Shown here: positions 26,547 to 32,000 of the stretch, piece by piece
Layout of the letters: every line of letters starts with the position of its first letter
Position numbering within the stretch: position 1 is the first letter of the stretch
NCBI RefSeq assembly: GCF_000017845.1
Contig: NC_010546.1
Location: 4,800,001 to 4,832,000 of the forward strand
DNA from: Crocosphaera subtropica ATCC 51142
Lineage (GTDB): Bacteria > Cyanobacteriota > Cyanobacteriia > Cyanobacteriales > Microcystaceae
Direction of reading: 5' to 3'
DNA: 32,000 nt
The notes under the pieces: generated by a model
Told to the model about the DNA's origin: nothing
Database searches by the model: none
The model's input: only the letters and a program-made list of their open reading frames with translations
Program-made: the position numbers and the translations under genes

Positions 26547-28346
26547 CTAGCCTATTGTCATAGGTACGATTACTACATCTTCTTTCCATTCATAATCATT
26601 TTTAGACCAATCCTGGGAACCGTCATTTCTGCTTTTGACATCATGACAGTGTCGATGTAGGGCTTGTAGATTATTATTTTCATCCTTTCCATTTTTTGAT
26701 TTGGGGATGATGTGGTCTATTTCTACAATATCCTCAGGTGTAAAGTGTTGGTTGCAGAGATTACATTTACCTTTTTGTTTCTTTAGGAGTTTGGCTACTC
26801 TTTTTGGTGTTTCTGGGTATTCACCTCTTCTTTTACTCCAATATGTCCAGTTTCCATCGTATGGTGAGGCATTGTCTTTTACTTTGATATGACGTTTGAT
26901 TTTTGTTTTTGAGTGCATTAGTAGAAAGTAACTCTTATTTTGAAACGTCCATTTCCCATGTATTCCATGAGAGAAGTATTTGTTCAATGCTTCCTTTTTG
27001 CCTTTTTTACTTCTGTTGATTGCCCAGGATTTTAGGTTTTCCCAAATATAACGGTCTTCATCGCTGAAGATTTTTTTACTGCACACCGTTGAGAAATAGT
27101 TGCTCCATCCTCTGATTATTGGATTTAGTTTGTTAATCAGAGCGTCTTGTGGTGCATTTCGATGAGTTCTGATAACTCTTTTTATCTCTATTCGGTGTTT
27201 TTGTTGGGATTTTTTACTGGGTTTGATGATTGTTTTGAATCCTAGTTTTTCTCCCATTGTGTTACATCCTGTTTGGTATTTTCCTACATGATGTTGTTTA
27301 ATGGTGAATCCTAGGAAGTCGAATCCAGCTTTTTCCATCTTTCCATCAATCATTATGTCATTTAGTGTATGACAGATTCTGGTTTTAGATGGTTTGAGTT
27401 CTAGTCCAACTTTTTCTAACCATTTATTTACCAGTTTTTGAGTATGGTTTATGATTTCTAATTCGTGATGTAGAATTACGAAATCGTCTGCATATCTGAT
27501 GATTTTTGGTTGATATCCTCTTATTCTTTTTCCTTCTCTTGTTATGGAGTTAGGGAAAGATTTTTGGATATCTCTAATCATTCCATCTAGTGCGATATTC
27601 GCCAATAATGGGCTTATAACTCCACCTTGTGGCGTTCCGCTATCAGTGGATTCAAATATGCCTTTATCCATTACCCCTGCTTTCAACCATTGTTTAATGA
27701 TTGATTTGAAATAGGGACAATCTGTTTTATCCAGGAGATATTTGTGATTTATTTTGTCAAAACATTTTGATATATCGGCATCTAGTACATATTTGGTTTT
27801 ATACCTTATATGATTGAAGATTGCTTCTATGGCATCATGAGTTGACCTTCCTGGGCGGAAACCGTATGAGTTACCTTCAAATTTGGCTTCCCAATATGGT
27901 TCCATACATAGTTTTATTAGGCATTGCATTGCTCTGTCGGTGATAGTTGGTATTCCTAGTGGACGTTTTTCATCTTTTCCAGGTTTGGATATCCATACTC
28001 TTCTTAGAGGTTTGGATTTGTAACCTTTTAGATTTAAACTTAGGGCTAATTGATATCGCTGTTGTGGGTGGATGATTTTCTTTCCATCTACTCCAGCAGT
28101 TTTTTTGCCCTTATTATCCTGTGTTACCTTTCTTACCGATAAGAGTTTTGCATAATACGATTTGGCTAGAAGTTTTTGAAGCTTATGTGCTTTTGCTTTT
28201 TCACCTGACTTAATCGCTTGAAAAATCCGCTTTTGAAGCTTAAACACTTTCCTTTGGACTTTTGCCCAATTGATAGTGTTCCATGATTCCGTAGTCTTGG
28301 TTATACTCGTTTTTTCCATTTTAACTTCTACTTGTTTGTTTTTCAT
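26547..28346 (-). CDS. Group II intron reverse transcriptase/maturase with a C-terminal HNH endonuclease
   Basis: 599 aa. RT motifs include RPLGIPTITDRAMQ and IRYADDFVILH (YADD). Maturase X region: IIRGWSNYF. HNH: CNLCNQHF...EIDHIIPKSKNGKDENNNLQALHRHCH. Confidence 0.95.
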   Translation of the reverse strand: MKNKQVEVKMEKTSITKTTESWNTINWAKVQRKVFKLQKRIFQAIKSGEKAKAHKLQKLLAKSYYAKLLSVRKVTQDNKGKKTAGVDGKKIIHPQQRYQLALSLNLKGYKSKPLRRVWISKPGKDEKRPLGIPTITDRAMQCLIKLCMEPYWEAKFEGNSYGFRPGRSTHDAIEAIFNHIRYKTKYVLDADISKCFDKINHKYLLDKTDCPYFKSIIKQWLKAGVMDKGIFESTDSGTPQGGVISPLLANIALDGMIRDIQKSFPNSITREGKRIRGYQPKIIRYADDFVILHHELEIINHTQKLVNKWLEKVGLELKPSKTRICHTLNDIMIDGKMEKAGFDFLGFTIKQHHVGKYQTGCNTMGEKLGFKTIIKPSKKSQQKHRIEIKRVIRTHRNAPQDALINKLNPIIRGWSNYFSTVCSKKIFSDEDRYIWENLKSWAINRSKKGKKEALNKYFSHGIHGKWTFQNKSYFLLMHSKTKIKRHIKVKDNASPYDGNWTYWSKRRGEYPETPKRVAKLLKKQKGKCNLCNQHFTPEDIVEIDHIIPKSKNGKDENNNLQALHRHCHDVKSRNDGSQDWSKNDYEWKEDVVIVPMTIG

Positions 28347-28919
28347 CTAATTAACGTCGAAGTACGTCTGCATATCCTTACCATTACAGTCAGGCATTAG
28401 CTTTTTACTTCTTCCTACTCCCATGTATCTTGCGCTTAGGTTTGTCACTACTCATTTATCGACCAATATGATGAGAGATATCATGGGGTTTCCCCGTTCC
28501 TCTTTTCTGGGTTATATGGTTTTAGATTCTCCCTCTCTCCCAGGCTACTTTTGGGAATCTGCTCAACTGACCAAACTAATCGTTGACTTTCGCCATGTTC
28601 TTTTGAACGCAGTGTGTCAGGTATATTTCACTGCTCGTAATTTTTTATGTATTGAGAGGTTAAGACAGGAGTTCAGCCGAAGCTTAATCTTGACCATTTG
28701 ACTTGCAGGGATTGTCTCATACCTGAGATTGGAACCTGCTTCCATTCCTGCTTCAAACTAAGAGTTACCAGCCCTTAATCTGAGGAAAGTGTCGTTGTAC
28801 CTTGGATTCCGTACAGAGCTACCTTTAAGCTCACAGAAAAGAAGTTATTTAGATTTCAAGGTTCATCTAAATGTCTAGCACGATGGTTTTGTCCATCTTT
28901 CCTAGACAACGGGTCGCAC

Positions 28920-29483
28920 AGTATGTTCATAATCATAGTCCCCTGTCATCATGGCAGTGATAGCCCCTTCTTTGACATCTCCAGGTTCTAATATTCCTAA
29001 CTCATCGGTAGCAGCAAAAAATGCCCCTGCTAAACAGTCAGCTTGCAACTCTAAAACCATGATAGGCAAATTCTTGTCAAGAATTCCTAAATGTTTTTGC
29101 ACAGAATGACCATATTCGTGGGCCAAAGCGAAAAAACCAGCAGAGTCACCTACTCTTTCAACTAATTTATCCATTTGAACCATATTCAGATGAATGGTGT
29201 TAGAATCAGCACAATAATGGGCTAATAATGAAGGACCACAGGGGGTCAACTCAATATTTCGGTGAGAATAAACCATCGGATAGGCATAGCCTATCCCTAA
29301 ACGGGTCAAAATTCCGCCCCAAAATGCGTGTAGTCCATTACTTACGGCTGATAAAGTAGGAGGGTCCCATGCTGCTTGGGTGGGTTGGAAGGGAAATAAA
29401 CCCAAAGACAGGGCAAGAATACTGAGAGCAACCTGTTTTTTCATCTTAATTCTCTTCATTAGCTTTTGGCTAGTTACGCACAT
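28920..29483 (-). CDS. Exon 1 of a secreted YpfJ-like putative neutral zinc metallopeptidase
   Basis: Signal-peptide-like MKKQVALSILALSLGLFPFQPTQA (alternative starts at 29459 or 29444). HExxH appears as AHEYGHSVQ, and ELQADCLAGAF follows. The track ORF (to 28902) continues 6 codons into the intron 5' end (GTG CGA CCC GTT GTC TAG), so the true exon ends at 28920. Confidence 0.8.
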
Positions 29484-30045
29484 TGGTGGCGCAACGGTAA
29501 AAGGAATTAAGCAGAGATAATTTAGCCTATTTCCTTAATGATAGTTCAACCATAAGGAAAAGTTATGCAACAATTATAAACTAATCATTAAGTTAGAAAC
29601 CATTTAGTCAAGCCATAAGCTTTATCGGATAAGGGTTGGAACACAGCGAAGCGATCGCAACCGAAAAAGTTTGACCGTATCTTGTCAGATTTTAAGGGAC
29701 AAAAAAACCTAATTAGATGAGTATACAAACATTAATTCCTCAGTTTATTTTTCAAGAAAAAATAGGAATAAAAATCTTTTAAATTCTAGAATAAAACAGG
29801 AAAATATGTTAAGTTAAAGAAAGAAAAAGAATTATGCACTTTCAAGATAAAATTCTGACTCTTCTAGACCCAAAAACGATTTTTAAGATCACAGAGGTTA
29901 CTAATACTTAGCCTTAACCTTGAAATCTTCACAACAGCAAGAGCAAAAATTTTGCTTAACTGACTTTTTTCCTAAAAATACCTGATCTAATCGAGAAAAA
30001 TCAGTTACAGTATTAAATAAAAGCTAAGACGCGCGCTTAAGTATT

Positions 30046-30684
30046 ATGACATCTTCTTCCCTTGCAGTTCGAGAACTTCCTATTTTTCCCCTACCCGAAG
30101 TCGTATTATTTCCTGGTCGTCCTCTTCCTCTGCATATCTTTGAGTTTCGTTATCGCATGATGATGAATACCATATTAGAAGAGGATCGCCGTTTTGGTGT
30201 GGTGATGGTCAACCCCGTCAATGGGGAAATAGCTAAAGTAGGATCTTGTGCAGAGTTGGTTCGCTTTCAACGACTTCCTGACGATCGCATGAAAATTTTA
30301 ACCATGGGACAACAACGGTTCCGTATCCTTGAATACGTTAGAGAAAAGCCTTATCGGGTAGGTTTGGTAGAATGGATTGAAGATAAACCAACCACAGAAA
30401 ATATTTATCCTATGGCTACGGAAGTGGGACAATTATTACAGGATGTGGTGCGTCTTTCAGCTAAGTTAACGGATCAAAAAATTGAATTACCCGACGATTT
30501 GCCTGAGCTTCCTGTAGAATTATCTTACTGGGTCGCTGGTAATTTATACGGTGTGGCTGCAGAACAACAGGCACTTTTAGAAATGCAAGAAACTAAAGGT
30601 CGTCTAGAACGGGAAATTGAAATTTTAACTTCTACCCGTAATCATTTAGCTGCACGAACTGCTTTAAAAGATGTGCTTAAATAG
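30046..30684 (+). CDS. LON N-terminal (substrate-binding) domain protein
   Basis: 212 aa. LPIFPLPEVVLFPGRPLPLHIFEFRYRMM is the classic opening of the LON/PUA-like N domain. There is no ATPase or protease part. Confidence 0.85.
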   Translation: MTSSSLAVRELPIFPLPEVVLFPGRPLPLHIFEFRYRMMMNTILEEDRRFGVVMVNPVNGEIAKVGSCAELVRFQRLPDDRMKILTMGQQRFRILEYVREKPYRVGLVEWIEDKPTTENIYPMATEVGQLLQDVVRLSAKLTDQKIELPDDLPELPVELSYWVAGNLYGVAAEQQALLEMQETKGRLEREIEILTSTRNHLAARTALKDVLK

Positions 30685-30690
30685 ATTTGA

Positions 30691-30709
30691 CCTGTTATCA
30701 TAGAACAGG
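30691..30709. terminator. Weak hairpin between convergent genes (possible bidirectional terminator)
   Basis: CCTGTT (30691-30696) and AACAGG (30704-30709) form a 6-bp stem with a 7-nt loop. It sits in the 26-nt gap between the stops at 30684 and 30711. There is no clear U-tract. Confidence 0.25.
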
Positions 30710-30710
30710 A

Positions 30711-31577
30711 TTAAAGTTGCTCAAGATCCCTCTCTTGGAGAAGTAAGACTGGATAACTACCATATATCTTGAGAACTTCTGTATGATGGGTTAAAGCGTT
30801 TAACGCATCAATGATGTTGGGATCTTCTTGGTTCCCTTCAACATCAAGATAAAAGACATATTCCCCCAGGGATCGCTTAGTGGGACGGGACTCAATGCGA
30901 CTTAAATTGATATTGCGTTGAGCAAACACTTGCAACGGTTTCATCAGCGAACCCGGCACATTAGCAGGGACACTGAATGCTAAGGAGATACGACTTCCTA
31001 CTGTCGGTGTTGGGTTTAAGGTCATCACCCAAAACCGAGTACAGTTATCGGCATAATCGTTGATATGATTGACCAAAATAGGGACATTATACAATTTGAC
31101 TGCACGGGGTGCTGCGATCGCTCCGGCAGTAGGTTCAAGACTGATTTTTTGTAAAGCTTCGGCGGTAGAATTAGTAGGAATTAAAGCAACATTGGGTAGG
31201 TTGTGCTGCAACCATCGTTGACATTGTGCCAAAGCTTGGGGGTGAGAATAGACCGTTTTTATTCCATTTAGAGACGTTCCCCGTGAAAAAAAAGCATGGA
31301 TAATAGGTAACACAACCTCTTGTTGAATTTGTAGGCGATCGAGTTGCCATAAGGTATCTAAGGTACTGGCCACACTCCCTTCTGTTGAGTTTTCCACCGG
31401 AACCACTGCTTTATTGGTGTCTCCCCTGGCCACAGAATGCAAAGTTTGAGCAATACTTGGACAAGGACATAATAAAGAGGATTTTCCCTGGTTTTCTTCT
31501 AACCAATGAGCATAGGCTAAAGCTGCCGTTTCTGCATTAGTGCCAACTGGACCCAGATGAGCAATAGAAATGACCAT
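30711..31577 (-). CDS. pheA: Prephenate dehydratase (PDT plus ACT domains)
   Basis: 288 aa. It has the NCTRFWV (TRF) motif and the ACT-domain LSRIESRPTKR (ESRP) motif. Confidence 0.92.
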   Translation of the reverse strand: MVISIAHLGPVGTNAETAALAYAHWLEENQGKSSLLCPCPSIAQTLHSVARGDTNKAVVPVENSTEGSVASTLDTLWQLDRLQIQQEVVLPIIHAFFSRGTSLNGIKTVYSHPQALAQCQRWLQHNLPNVALIPTNSTAEALQKISLEPTAGAIAAPRAVKLYNVPILVNHINDYADNCTRFWVMTLNPTPTVGSRISLAFSVPANVPGSLMKPLQVFAQRNINLSRIESRPTKRSLGEYVFYLDVEGNQEDPNIIDALNALTHHTEVLKIYGSYPVLLLQERDLEQL

Positions 31578-31686
31578 AAGCGAACACCGCTAAGTTAATA
31601 GGAAAGCCCCATTAATTCTAGCTTTGCAAACCTTGGAAGACAAGGGAGTTTAGGAAAATAGAGACAAAGCAAAGAAGATACCCAAT

Positions 31687-32000
31687 TCATTGAATATCCA
31701 CAACTAACAATTGAGGCTGATAAGTCTCAATAAATGTTACTAATGTGGAAAAATGTCCACGAGATCCTAAACCAATACAACCGGCTGTTCCATCTTCGCC
31801 ATTTCCTTTATTATAACTGGGATCATAATGAATACCTAATGCACTTCTTCCTGTAGAAAATTGGGGATAAACGGGTAAAAAACGTCCCCCAACTTCGGCT
31901 AACGTTCCTGGAACGGTATGGGAACTAATTCGATAATTTCCATCAGGTAAAGGGGCTTCGGTACCTGCTTGATTACGGTTTCTGTTTTGGGTGAAATAAC
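31687..32000 (-). CDS. L,D-transpeptidase-fold (YkuD/Tlde1-like) protein, C-terminal part; 5' end outside the window
   Basis: The minus strand reads ...PLPDGNYRISSHTVPGTLAEVGGRFLPVYPQFSTGRSALGIHYDPSYNKGNGEDGTAGCIGLGSRGHFSTLVTFIETYQPQLLVVDIQ*, with the stop at 31687-31689. The IH...G.T.GCIGL pattern resembles the His/Cys catalytic loop of the L,D-transpeptidase fold. Confidence 0.5.
   Translation of the reverse strand, partial: YFTQNRNRNQAGTEAPLPDGNYRISSHTVPGTLAEVGGRFLPVYPQFSTGRSALGIHYDPSYNKGNGEDGTAGCIGLGSRGHFSTLVTFIETYQPQLLVVDIQ

Larger units (their letters stand above)
26465..28919 (-). mobile_element. Group II intron (2455 nt) with an intron-encoded RT/maturase/HNH protein
   Basis: The 5' end is GUGCGACCCG (minus strand from 28919). 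The ORF lies in domain IV. Domain V is at 26506-26539. The domain VI helix has a candidate branch A at 26472, 7 nt upstream of the proposed 3' end ...CUCCAAC (26465). The length is typical of ORF-containing bacterial group II introns. Confidence 0.9.

Noticed and set aside
26701-26892. 63-aa plus-strand ORF
   Set aside because: It is antisense within the intron-encoded RT/maturase gene.
26547-28346. Reverse transcriptase as a defence-associated RT (retron, DRT/UG, Abi-like)
   Set aside because: The ORF sits inside a canonical group II intron RNA (GUGCG 5' end, domain V, domain VI with a branch A). It has maturase X and HNH domains, so it is an intron-encoded protein.
28423-28701. 92-aa plus-strand ORF
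   Set aside because: It lies antisense within domains I-III of the group II intron RNA (between the intron 5' end and the RT start). That region is structured RNA, not coding.
1-32000. CRISPR arrays, tRNA, rRNA and tmRNA genes
   Set aside because: Reading both strands, I found no regularly spaced direct repeats, no tRNA-like acceptor or T-arm signatures (the GTCGAAC-like string at 26471-26477 belongs to intron domain VI), and no rRNA-like segments. A tRNAscan/Infernal run would be the definitive check.

Overview
This is a cyanobacterial chromosome segment. Evidence: nine perfect HIP1 octamers (GCGATCGC), photosynthesis-lineage genes, and an AT-rich Chroococcales-like composition. I cannot name the species from sequence alone. 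Housekeeping genes (secD, secF, pdhB, sat, pheA, a BciB-like FrhB-family reductase, a LON-N-domain protein) alternate with three visibly more AT-rich accessory blocks. (1) A four-gene FHA/c-di-GMP module lies at 7260-13696: FHA-PAS-GGDEF-EAL, a stand-alone EAL, an unknown 427-aa protein, and FHA-degenerate GGDEF-EAL. It is bracketed by a direct repeat, because 6941-7112 is a decayed copy of the 3' end of the intact glycosyltransferase gene at 13810-13981. (2) A CheY-like receiver gene is followed by a receiver-PAS-coiled coil-P-loop NTPase fusion (21582-24156), convergent with a Uma2 nuclease. (3) A complete 2455-nt group II intron (26465-28919) has a GUGCG 5' end, a canonical 34-nt domain V and an RT/maturase/HNH ORF. 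It splits a YpfJ-like zinc metallopeptidase gene, and I can predict the splice junction from the sequence. Other features: a Tat-signal pseudo-orthocaspase lacking the His/Cys dyad, with two downstream genes of unclear function; an AvaK-like PRC-barrel/DUF2382 pair; a frameshifted ankyrin mini-ORF on an A7 slippery run; and purine-rich or palindromic intergenic elements. I saw no CRISPR array, tRNA, rRNA, integrase or transposase. All domain calls come from reading motifs by eye and from memory of the families. None has been checked by a search.
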